From Acidobacteriota bacterium (GTDB taxonomy: Bacteria > Acidobacteriota > UBA6911 > JACQSX01), in contig DASXQR010000179.1 in assembly GCA_036507075.1 (NCBI GenBank), positions 1 through 57,018 on the forward strand: 57,018 nt of DNA, read 5' to 3'. The notes under the pieces are model-generated. The model saw only the letters and a list, made by a program, of their open reading frames with translations. It was not told the origin of the DNA and ran no database searches. Below, piece by piece: positions 37,803 through 46,381 of the stretch (positions are counted from its first letter, which is position 1; every line of letters begins with the position of its first letter). The position numbers and the translations under genes are program-made.

Positions 37803-39530
37803 TCACTCCCAATCGACCTTCGGATGCATCGTGTGCCAGCGCGTGGCGCGCTCGAAAGCCAGAGCGACGGAAAGCGGCGCCGACTCTTCGTAGAGCCGGC
37901 CGGTGAACATGATCGCCTGGGGCAGGCCGTTGGTAAACCCGCATGGAATGCTCACGGCCGGATGCCCTGTGAGGTTTGTGACAAGCAGGCTTGCGGTTCC
38001 GGGCGCGGGCGAAACAAAAACATCCCAATGGCTCATCAGGGCTTCCATTTCACGCATCAGCAGCGTTCGGGCCCGCTGAGCGCGTAGATACTCCACGGCG
38101 GGAATGAATCGGGACGTGCGAAACACGTTGGGCCAATCACCAGCGGCCTGTCCTGAGAGCTGGTTAATGCCGCCGCTGCGCGTCAGATCATCGAAAGCCG
38201 CGGCCGCTTCGGCGCTCAGTATGAAGCGAACACTTCCGGTGGAGAACTTGGGCAACTCGATTGTCTCCAGCTTCGCCCCCGCTGCACGAAGCGCATCGAG
38301 CGCTTCGGCATAAAGTTTCTTGCGGGCGTCGCTGCCCGTTTCGAACTCGGGCTTCAAATAACCGATGCGCATCCTGGTTACCGGAACCGGATGAGGCCAG
38401 TTGAGGGGGATATCTTCGACGGTCCGGTCGCGCCCGTCCGGCCCGTAGAGCGCATGAAGAACGATTGCGCAGTCCTCCACCTGCCGGCATATCGGGCCGA
38501 TTTTATCCATGGTCCAACTCAAGCCCATGGCGCCATAGCGGCTGATGCGCCCGTAGGTGGGTCGAAGTCCCGCCACGCCGCACCGCGATGAAGGCGAGAT
38601 GATGGAGCCGAGCGTTTCCGTTCCCACAGAGAATCCTACCAGCCCGGCGGCCGTGGCGGACGCCGGACCGGCCGAAGAGCCGCTGGAAGTTTCCTCCGGC
38701 TTCCAGGGATTCCTGGTCATGCCGCCGAACCACAGGCCTCCTTGCGCCAGCGCTCCCATGGAAAGCTTGGCCACCAGCACGGCGCCCGCCTCGCGAAGCC
38801 GCTCGACGACAGTGGCGTCGTAGTCGATCATCTGGTCCCGGAAGGGTTCAGCTCCCCAGGTCGTCGGGATTCCGCGTGTGGCAAACAGATCTTTGGCCCC
38901 CCACGGGATTCCATGCAGCGGCCCCCTGTATCTTCTTTTTCCGATTTCCTGGTCTGCTTTGGAGGCCTGCTGCAAGGCAAGATCTTCGGTCAGGGTAATG
39001 GTGCAGTTCAACTTTGGACCGTAGCGCTTCAGGCGGGCCAGATACATGCGCGTCAGGTCCAACGAGGAGATCTTGCGCGACCTGATCAACTCTGCCAGTT
39101 GGGGGACTGCCAGAAAAGCCAGATCTTCGGCGGATCGAAAAGCCGGCGCGGCCGCTCGGGCCGGGCGAAATAAGGCTGGGCCGGCGGCAGGGCTTTTAGC
39201 CGGCCGGATTGGATGGAACGAGATCGCAGGTTCCGTATCGAGCGGGATTTCGATTTTCCTCAATGTTTCATAGGAGGCCAGGTTTCGATTCACTCCGGAC
39301 AGCGCCATTTGGGCCTGTGCTTCGGTCAATTCGATGCCGATCAATTCTTCACCGCCGCGCAGCGCCTGGCGTGAAATCCTGGATTCAGGCTGCGGCTGCT
39401 GCTGTATGTTTTGCGCGGCTGCTTCAGGCAGCAGAGCGCCAGCCGCGCCGGCTGGAATCGATCGCAGAAACGATCGCCGGCTGACGCGGGGAGAGATTGG
39501 ATTTTTTTTGTCAGGTCGCTTTCGATTCAT
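37803..39530 (-). CDS. Amidase-signature family enzyme with Tat signal peptide
   Basis: SRRSFLR twin-arginine motif; GPLHGIPWGAKD, SSGSSAG, GTETLGSI. Confidence 0.92.
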   Translation of the reverse strand: MNRKRPDKKNPISPRVSRRSFLRSIPAGAAGALLPEAAAQNIQQQPQPESRISRQALRGGEELIGIELTEAQAQMALSGVNRNLASYETLRKIEIPLDTEPAISFHPIRPAKSPAAGPALFRPARAAAPAFRSAEDLAFLAVPQLAELIRSRKISSLDLTRMYLARLKRYGPKLNCTITLTEDLALQQASKADQEIGKRRYRGPLHGIPWGAKDLFATRGIPTTWGAEPFRDQMIDYDATVVERLREAGAVLVAKLSMGALAQGGLWFGGMTRNPWKPEETSSGSSAGPASATAAGLVGFSVGTETLGSIISPSSRCGVAGLRPTYGRISRYGAMGLSWTMDKIGPICRQVEDCAIVLHALYGPDGRDRTVEDIPLNWPHPVPVTRMRIGYLKPEFETGSDARKKLYAEALDALRAAGAKLETIELPKFSTGSVRFILSAEAAAAFDDLTRSGGINQLSGQAAGDWPNVFRTSRFIPAVEYLRAQRARTLLMREMEALMSHWDVFVSPAPGTASLLVTNLTGHPAVSIPCGFTNGLPQAIMFTGRLYEESAPLSVALAFERATRWHTMHPKVDWE

Positions 39531-39582
39531 AGAGTTTCTCGAATATTTCCCGAAGCGTGAGTCGGATTAGATCGCATTAAAG

Positions 39583-39714
39583 TCTTTGCGTGCTTGGCGT
39601 TCTTGGCGGTTCCGTTTTTGTCCAAATGCCAAGCGAAATCAAAACATCCTCCACAACAATGCCACAGAGCTGAAAATAAATAGCTTGGTGTTCTTGGCGC
39701 TCTTGGCGGTTCAA
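39583..39714. repeat. Two solo arms of a 9-mer family (CTTGGCGTT)n ending GGCGGTTC
   Basis: 39583-39611 and 39684-39713; third copy at 44276-44307. Confidence 0.65.
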
Positions 39715-39725
39715 TGGCGCGCCGC

Positions 39726-40556
39726 TCAATTCTGACTCTGCAGCCGGACTTTCCTTAACCCGTCGCCCAGAAAATTGAACGCCATGACCAGCAGCATCAG
39801 GGCCACGCCGGGGAAGACGGTCAAATGCGGCGCTTCGAAGACATGACTGCGCGCCGAATTCAGCATGGAACCCCAGGAAGGCGTGGGAGGCGTAATGCCC
39901 AGACCAAGGAAGCTCAAGCTGGCTTCGGCCATGATGGCGCCGGCCATTCCGAGGCTTGCCTGAACAATCAGAGGATCGAGCACGTTGGGAATAATGTGGC
40001 GCCACAAGATCCGACGGTCGCCCGCTCCCTGGGCGCGAACCGCCTGCACGAAGTCAAACTCGCGTACTTTCAGAATTTCCCCGCGCACCAGCCGCGCGTA
40101 TCCCACCCAGCCGATCAGCACCAGCGCGATGATCAGGTTGCCAACGCCCGGGCCGCGGAACGCCACAAAGGCAATGGCCAGCAGGATTCCCGGCACTGCC
40201 ATCAGCACGTCGACGATGCGCATCAGTACATCATCCACCCAGCCGCGATAATAACCCGAAAGCGCGCCGATCATTGTTCCCACCACCGTCGATCCCGAAA
40301 CCACGGCGATCCCGACAAGCAGCGAAATCCGGGCGCCGTACAGCAGGCGGGAAAAAATATCGCGACCCAGCTCGTCGTATCCCATCCAGTGCGCCGCGCT
40401 CGCGCCCATGAGCCGGCGCGCCAGTTCCTGCCTTTCATACGGATAGGGCGCCAGCAGCGGGGCGAAAACGGCTGCCGCCGAAAACAACGCGATCACGCAA
40501 ACGCCGGCGCGCGAAAGGAAAGGAAGTTGGCGATAGTACCGGAGAAGCTGTCTCAA
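39726..40556 (-). CDS. Peptide/nickel ABC transporter permease (DppC/OppC-like)
   Basis: HWMGYDELGRD, YGARISL, EASLSFLGLG, FNFLGDGLR. Confidence 0.93.
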   Translation of the reverse strand: MRQLLRYYRQLPFLSRAGVCVIALFSAAAVFAPLLAPYPYERQELARRLMGASAAHWMGYDELGRDIFSRLLYGARISLLVGIAVVSGSTVVGTMIGALSGYYRGWVDDVLMRIVDVLMAVPGILLAIAFVAFRGPGVGNLIIALVLIGWVGYARLVRGEILKVREFDFVQAVRAQGAGDRRILWRHIIPNVLDPLIVQASLGMAGAIMAEASLSFLGLGITPPTPSWGSMLNSARSHVFEAPHLTVFPGVALMLLVMAFNFLGDGLRKVRLQSQN

Positions 40557-41470
40557 TAGCGCACCCTTGGATCAAGCACCGAGTAAACAAGATCGGTCAC
40601 AAAATTGATCACGATGTAAGTGACCGAAATTGCCAGAATGCAACTTTGAATGAGCGGATAATCGCGCGACTGGATCGCCTGAATCATGAGCCTGCCGATT
40701 CCCTGCCAGGAAAAAATTGTCTCGGTGATGATTGCGCCCGCCAGCAGTCCTCCGAATTGCAGGCCCAAAATCGTGACCACGGGCATCAAGCCGTTCTTCA
40801 TGGCGTGCAGATAGGTGACGCGTTTTCTACTGAGACCCTTTGCTCGGGCCGTAATTACGTAAGGGCGATCCAGTTCGTTGACCATCGATGATCGCACCAT
40901 GCGAATCAGAATGGCCGCCAGCGCCGTCGCCAGTGTAATCGTGGGAAGCACCAGATGTCTCCAGGTGCCCATTCCCGAAACCGGCAGCAGCGGCCAACTG
41001 ATTGCAAGCGCGATAATGAGCAAAGGTCCCAGCACAAAATGCGGGATGGATACGCCAAGCAGCGAGATCGACGTAATCGCCGCGTCCACGCCGCTTCCAT
41101 GCCGCCGAGCGGCCAGCACGCCGAGCGGCACTGAAATCAGAAGACCGGCCACCATGCTCGCCAGCGTGAGCTTCAGGGTCGCCGGATAGCTCTGGCGCAG
41201 CGTCTTCAGCACCGATTCTCCTGTCCGGAAGGATGTCCCCAATTCGCCCCGCGCCAGGTTGCGCCAATAGTGCCCGTACTGCGTGAGCAGCGGAAGATCC
41301 AGCCCAAGGCTCTTGCGCATGGCGGCGATTTCAGCGGGTCTGGCGCCTTCGCCGAGCATGGTCTCGACCGGGTCTCCGGGAATGAGATGGAGCAGCAGGA
41401 AGACAAACGTCACCACTCCCCAGAGAGTGATCAGCGCCAGCGCCAGCCTGCGTGCCAGGTAACGATTCAA
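40553..41470 (-). CDS. Peptide/nickel ABC transporter permease (DppB/OppB-like)
   Basis: PGDPV, YVITARAKGL, ETIFSWQGIG, RDYP, LDPRVR. Confidence 0.93.
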   Translation of the reverse strand: MNRYLARRLALALITLWGVVTFVFLLLHLIPGDPVETMLGEGARPAEIAAMRKSLGLDLPLLTQYGHYWRNLARGELGTSFRTGESVLKTLRQSYPATLKLTLASMVAGLLISVPLGVLAARRHGSGVDAAITSISLLGVSIPHFVLGPLLIIALAISWPLLPVSGMGTWRHLVLPTITLATALAAILIRMVRSSMVNELDRPYVITARAKGLSRKRVTYLHAMKNGLMPVVTILGLQFGGLLAGAIITETIFSWQGIGRLMIQAIQSRDYPLIQSCILAISVTYIVINFVTDLVYSVLDPRVRY

Positions 41471-43134
41471 GAGCCTTCACCCACTTGGCGAGCAGGTTCC
41501 ACCATGATTGTTTTGAATTCCGAGAGCCTCACCTTTCCGGGCGCCGCTCCCTTGATCTTGAAAACATTCTTGCGCCGCGTGTAGTGAACGGCTGCCTTCT
41601 TCAAATCTTTGGCTTTGCTGTAAAAGGCGGCCAGTTGCGCCGCTTCACGCAGGCTTCGCGGGGGGATCTCGCCGCGGTTTTCAAGTTTTATCACGACGTG
41701 AGAACCGGGATAGTCGGCGGCATGCAGCCATAAGTCTCTGGAACGCGCTTCGGAAAAGGTAAGCTGCTCGTTTTCCCGGTTGCTTTTACCAACCAGTATG
41801 GTGAGCCCGTCGCTGGAAGTGTATCGCCGAAAGGGAGCCGCTTTTGCGCCCGCCTTCGCCTTTCTGGAAGACGGTTTTTTAGGAATGAGCTCGAGTTCTT
41901 CAGCCGTGCGCGCCTGATTGAATCTTGATAACTCGTGTTCCGCCGCCCGAACTTCCGTTTCCGCTTTCTTCAGACGTTCCTGCAGAGGCGCCCGCGATCT
42001 CTCCAGCCGCTTTGCCTTGCGGAAGTAATGGTCGATGTTGTCGTGGAAGCTGTCGCGGCAGGGAAGCGGTATCTCCATGTTCGGCTGGGCGGGATCGAAT
42101 AGATCTTTTACTGCGACTTTTTCGGGAAGATGCTGCGCTTTATAGATGTGGGAGTGCATTTTCAAAAGCTCGCCGTATCGCCGGAAAGCATCCGCTTCGC
42201 TGGATTCGTCGAGTTGTCTTCGAAGATTTTCGCGGAGCTGGTGCTTCTTTCTGACCGCCTGCTCCAGGGACCGCAGATGCTCGTGCCGCACCCGCTGGTA
42301 TTTTTTCCATCGGCTCTCCAGGGGCCGCAGCTCGTCGCACAAAGATCTGAAATCCGCAAAGCGGGCCTCGCGGTCTGCACCTCGCGACCGCAAACGGATC
42401 GGGCTGATCAGACAATCACGCCAGAAATTGAATCCCCGAAAATCTTTTCTGTCAAATCCCGCCGGAAAATAGGCGTACCATTCGACGCTTGTCTCTATCT
42501 CCTGGCGGAGCCGGCCCAACTCTTTTCTCATTCGGGGAATCTCACCACCGGTTCTTGTCCAGAGTTCGGCGGCCAGAATCGGCCCAAAGCCGTGGACTCG
42601 TTTCACGAGCGTCGCCGGTGAATCGATTTCCATCGATGGTTCCTGCGCGATCTGGTCCAGGCAGGCCGTCAACGAAGCTTTCCCGGACGAAGCGGGAGGC
42701 TGGTATGCTGCGCCGGGCGCCAGGCGGCGGGACGGCAGCGTGTCTCTGAATTTCTGGGCAAGAATGCCGCCGGTGGGTCCCAGGACATAGATATTTGCTA
42801 TTACCGGAATCATTTCCAGGACCAGCGTGGTTTTATGGGAAAACTCCAGTCGCAGGATCCGGTCCTTGCTGTCCTTGTGCAAAGAGATCAGCCCTTGCCC
42901 CGCCAGCGTGGTGGAGAGGCTTTCCACGAAAGGATCCGGCGGCGTGTCGTCTCGGATCCGAGTCGACAGAAGGTATGTGCGGGGGTGTTGCCGGTTCAGC
43001 ACAACAACGACGGTATCCTTTTCGAATACCAGCAAAAGCTCGTCGTCTTCACCATAACGAGCCGATCTTATCTTTTGCCCGGACAGAGACTGCGACAGGA
43101 CCGCAGCGAGCCGATCCAGTACGAAATCTTCCAT
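41467..43134 (-). CDS. rqcH: Ribosome quality control protein RqcH / NFACT (FbpA) family
   Basis: N-terminal 'DRILRLEF..LVLEM' NFACT-N; C-terminal 'VGKSNRENEQLT..DLWLHA.DYPGSHVV..AAQLAAFYSKA'. Confidence 0.88.
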   Translation of the reverse strand: MEDFVLDRLAAVLSQSLSGQKIRSARYGEDDELLLVFEKDTVVVVLNRQHPRTYLLSTRIRDDTPPDPFVESLSTTLAGQGLISLHKDSKDRILRLEFSHKTTLVLEMIPVIANIYVLGPTGGILAQKFRDTLPSRRLAPGAAYQPPASSGKASLTACLDQIAQEPSMEIDSPATLVKRVHGFGPILAAELWTRTGGEIPRMRKELGRLRQEIETSVEWYAYFPAGFDRKDFRGFNFWRDCLISPIRLRSRGADREARFADFRSLCDELRPLESRWKKYQRVRHEHLRSLEQAVRKKHQLRENLRRQLDESSEADAFRRYGELLKMHSHIYKAQHLPEKVAVKDLFDPAQPNMEIPLPCRDSFHDNIDHYFRKAKRLERSRAPLQERLKKAETEVRAAEHELSRFNQARTAEELELIPKKPSSRKAKAGAKAAPFRRYTSSDGLTILVGKSNRENEQLTFSEARSRDLWLHAADYPGSHVVIKLENRGEIPPRSLREAAQLAAFYSKAKDLKKAAVHYTRRKNVFKIKGAAPGKVRLSEFKTIMVEPARQVGEGS

Positions 43135-43137
43135 GAC

Positions 43138-44106
43138 TCAGCAGCGAACGACGACGGTGTGCGAAAGGAAATCGTGAAGACAGCGAGACCGTCTGTCCCA
43201 GAAACCCCAGAGCAAGCCGAAGAGGGCCAGCCCCCAGGAGAAGAAAAAAAACAGAGTGCGCAGCAGGATCTGCCGGAACTCCGGCCGCCCGAGTTGCTCG
43301 TCTGCGACTCGCAGGCCGGTGATCATCATGCCGACGGTTCGGTGAGTCAGCCCGAGGAAGTAAATCGAATAGAAGGCCTGAAAAAAGACGGCCGCTCCCC
43401 ACAGAACCGGACGGAAAGAGCGGGCCAATACGTCAACGGCGCCCCAGCGCAGGGAGACGAGCACGAAAAGAGCGAAACAGACAAAGACAAAACAGAGATC
43501 TATCAAACCGCTGAGCGTGCGCGTCATCAGAATCCCCTTGTCGATGAGCCATTCGGGTTCGGAAATCAGCGGTTCTGCCCGAACCGCGACCGGGGCCGGA
43601 CGGGCCTCGGGCGGCGTAGCGCGAGGCAGTTCTCTTTGTGCGGGAGCCGGCACCACTCGCGCCTTTGATGGGCCCTGTGTGGGCGGGAGCTTTTGGATCG
43701 ACGCCTGAAAATCCCTCAGATTCCTGTGAATATCGTAATCGGCCTTCTTGATCGGCTGTGGATCGACAAACGTCCGCCTGATTTCGGGCGCTTTGACAGG
43801 CTGAGGCTGTTGCGGCGCCGATGCGGGTTTCAAAGTTCTGGCAGCAGGTGCGACGGCGGACCCTCCCTTTTTCTCCTGGACGTGCGCAAGCTTCTTGCGC
43901 AATTCCTCTCGCCAGCCTTCCGGGCTGGAGACGGCGGATCCGTCGGGCGCAAAATCAAAACTCAGATTGGCCGGGTCTTTAGCGGCAGCCCGTTTTGCGC
44001 GCGCCTCGCCGCTTTTGGGCGCAGACTTGACGCCCGGGTCCTGGTACCCGCAGTGATCACAAGGGTGTCCGTGTACGAAGGAAGTGGAACTGCAGTTAGG
44101 GCACAT
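43138..44106 (-). CDS. RDD family membrane protein with N-terminal zinc ribbon and Pro-rich linker
   Basis: CPNC..CDHC; R...LID; TVGMMITGLRV; LHDFLSHTVVV. Confidence 0.82.
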   Translation of the reverse strand: MCPNCSSTSFVHGHPCDHCGYQDPGVKSAPKSGEARAKRAAAKDPANLSFDFAPDGSAVSSPEGWREELRKKLAHVQEKKGGSAVAPAARTLKPASAPQQPQPVKAPEIRRTFVDPQPIKKADYDIHRNLRDFQASIQKLPPTQGPSKARVVPAPAQRELPRATPPEARPAPVAVRAEPLISEPEWLIDKGILMTRTLSGLIDLCFVFVCFALFVLVSLRWGAVDVLARSFRPVLWGAAVFFQAFYSIYFLGLTHRTVGMMITGLRVADEQLGRPEFRQILLRTLFFFFSWGLALFGLLWGFWDRRSRCLHDFLSHTVVVRC

Positions 44107-44107
44107 T

Positions 44108-44211
44108 CATTCAAGTGGCAAGTGGGCAGGGGCAAGAGTTACCAGTCGTGGTGCTGCCGAAACGTCCTGCCCACCGGTAACTCTTGCCCCTGCCCACTTG
44201 CATCTTGAATG
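44108..44211. repeat. Near-perfect 36-bp inverted repeat with CAAGTGG/GGGCAGG-type units
   Basis: 44108-44143 versus 44176-44211, two mismatches; abuts the RDD start. Confidence 0.85.
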
Positions 44212-44347
44212 TAGCAGATGGTCGATCCGGGATCAACGCGCCTTTCGTGTTTGAACGGCCGGAGTGAAAAAGAAATTCTTGGCGGTCTTCCGTTCTTGGC
44301 GGTTCAATTTTTTCTCATCTTCGTCCCCGCGAAAGTAGAATTGACGC

Positions 44348-44674
44348 ATGCGACGGGGCGTTGCCTATACCTTTCTGGCAATCGTTATTCTGGCTTTTGC
44401 CGGATCCCTCCTTTTATTGAATAGATACAAGGTATCGCTTGTTCATTCAGTGGTAAAAAATGCAGTCCTGCAGAAGAGTCCGCCGGAGTACCGTGGCAGA
44501 ATTGAAGACGCTTTCGATCGAAGTCGAACTGTCGCTCTCCGGCAAAGACGATCCCAAGCCTACCTTCAGACCTTGTTTGCCATTTCACAAAAGGTAGAAA
44601 AGGTCCAACGAATCAGCAGCCAGGGCGTGGAGGAAATTTTGGCAGCCCTGGACGGGTTCTCCGTAGGCCGCTGA
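44348..44674 (+). CDS. Small hypothetical protein with N-terminal TM
   Basis: ATG, hydrophobic N-terminus, helical remainder; no family recognised. Confidence 0.55.
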   Translation: MRRGVAYTFLAIVILAFAGSLLLLNRYKVSLVHSVVKNAVLQKSPPEYRGRIEDAFDRSRTVALRQRRSQAYLQTLFAISQKVEKVQRISSQGVEEILAALDGFSVGR

Positions 44675-44683
44675 GATCGCCGC

Positions 44684-44962
44684 GAAGGGGAATAAAGGGG
44701 GAGGAGAGCCGGCAACCGAACTGCGCGCGTAAGCAAGCGGACCTTCGATACAGGACTTCTTATTAATTTAATGTTAATCGTTAGTTGGGAGGGTCCGCTT
44801 GCTTACGCGCGCGGTTCGGCTGCCGGCTCTCCCCCCCGTCATAACCCTTCCTCCCCCTTCATTACCCTTCCGTCCCCTTCCTCCCCCCTTCACAAGAAGG
44901 GACAGTCCCCCATTAAAAGGGGACTGTCCCTCATTAAAAAGGGGACTGTCCCTCATTAAAAA
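44684..44962. repeat. Composite: GAAGGGG/CCCTTC arms around a REP pair, followed by GGGACAGTCCC/GGGACTGTCCC repeats
   Basis: REPs ~44704-44746 and ~44789-44835 (CCGAAC.GCGCGCGTAAGCAAGCGGACC); 22-bp direct repeat 44919-44940 / 44941-44962. Confidence 0.85.
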
Positions 44963-44967
44963 TAGCT

Positions 44968-44996
44968 GGAACATTCCCGGCGAAAAAGGAGTCTAA
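44968..44996 (+). promoter_or_regulatory. Putative sigmaE-type ECF promoter GGAACAT-N16-GTCTAA
   Basis: Matches the RpoE-like consensus GGAACTT-N16-GTC(A/T)AA; 20 nt upstream of an ECF sigma ATG. Confidence 0.65.
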
Positions 44997-45016
44997 TATT
45001 AGGCAGGGAAGATGCC

Positions 45017-45646
45017 ATGGCTGAATCGACTGTCTCCAGTGATGTCAATCTGCTCTCCTGTTGTCCTGATACCGCGCACCCTGAGGACGCTCTGGTCGAG
45101 GCGCTCAAAAAAGGCGACGCGGCGGCCTTCGAACTTGCGTTTAATGCCTATAAAAGCCTGGTTTACAACCTGAGCTATCGAATCCTTCTCAACAAGGAGG
45201 ATGCATTGGACGTGTCTCAGGAAGTCTTTCTCACCGTGTTTCAGAAAATCGCCACTTTCCGCGGGGATTGTTCCTTGAAGAGCTGGTTGTTTCGAATCAC
45301 CTTTAACAAGAGCCTGAACAAGCGCAAATGGTGGCATCGGAGAGGCAAGTCTCGCACCGAACCTCTGACACTGCTGCACGCCGAGCGAATTGGAAACGGG
45401 CACAAGGAGCGGCCCGATGTCTCCTGCCTCTGTCACGAAGTCGAGGATCTGGTGCGAAGCAGCATGGATAAACTACCCGTGGTGCAGAGAGCCGCAATTC
45501 TCTTGAGAGATCTCGAGGGTTGCAGCTACGAGGAAATAGCAGAAATTACCGGGACTGGTGTGGGAACAGTCAAGTCCCGGATCGCGCGAGCCCGAGCTGC
45601 AATTCAAGACGACCTCGGAAACTCCTTGCGAGGAAGGATGCCATGA
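45017..45646 (+). CDS. ECF RNA polymerase sigma factor (RpoE/SigW-like)
   Basis: 'DALDVSQEVFL', 'SWLFRIT.N', 'SYEEIAEI...VGTVKSRIARAR'. Confidence 0.95.
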   Translation: MAESTVSSDVNLLSCCPDTAHPEDALVEALKKGDAAAFELAFNAYKSLVYNLSYRILLNKEDALDVSQEVFLTVFQKIATFRGDCSLKSWLFRITFNKSLNKRKWWHRRGKSRTEPLTLLHAERIGNGHKERPDVSCLCHEVEDLVRSSMDKLPVVQRAAILLRDLEGCSYEEIAEITGTGVGTVKSRIARARAAIQDDLGNSLRGRMP

Positions 45647-46344
45647 ATTGCGTGGAATTTAGATCTTTGCAGAATGAATATCTGGATGAACGCCTGTCCA
45701 TAGAGCAGCGGAGTAATGCCGAGGAACATCTTCGAAGCTGCAGCCGTTGCCGAGTGGACATGGATCTGTTGATGCTGTTTCGCAAAGCGCTTCGAGAGTC
45801 GCGTTCACCCGCTCCGGCCGCCCTGGAGACCCTGGTAATGGGTTCGATGCATCGCAGGCTGCAGCGTGAGTCGGTCTGGAAGGAATCGGCCAGGAGCCTG
45901 CGGAACTGGAAACAACACTGGGAGCTGAAGTTTTTATTCTCAAAGCTGGTTGCCGCGCCTGTGACGATGTTTTTCTTCGCGTTGATCCTGGCCCAGTTCT
46001 CTTCTGCTCCCGGAACCGCGTGGTATCCGGTTTACCTGACGCGGGCCGACGCGACGCTCAACGGCGACCGCGTGGAAACGGTACAGTTGAGTTACGCACC
46101 GATGGCGGAGTTTGCCGAGAACTCATCGAGCATCCCGGACGACTCCTTTGTGGTGCTGACACGACTGAACAAGTACGGCGTGCCGACTCTGGAAAAGATC
46201 CTGGTGGCGCCGAATCATGAACTGCTGCTCCGGCTGTACTCAAATCGCATGGAGGCACTGCGCTACCGTCCTTTGTTGCTCAATGGCAACGCCCATGATT
46301 CCTACATGATTGTCCCCTACCAGAAGATCAGCGTGGTCGGGTAG
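45643..46344 (+). CDS. zf-HC2 transmembrane anti-sigma factor
   Basis: MNC....EYLD...HLRSCSRC, a TM helix, and ATGA overlap with the sigma gene. Confidence 0.85.
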   Translation: MNCVEFRSLQNEYLDERLSIEQRSNAEEHLRSCSRCRVDMDLLMLFRKALRESRSPAPAALETLVMGSMHRRLQRESVWKESARSLRNWKQHWELKFLFSKLVAAPVTMFFFALILAQFSSAPGTAWYPVYLTRADATLNGDRVETVQLSYAPMAEFAENSSSIPDDSFVVLTRLNKYGVPTLEKILVAPNHELLLRLYSNRMEALRYRPLLLNGNAHDSYMIVPYQKISVVG

Positions 46345-46381
46345 TTGGGAGCCGGCTGCCGGCTCTATCCCTTCATAACCC

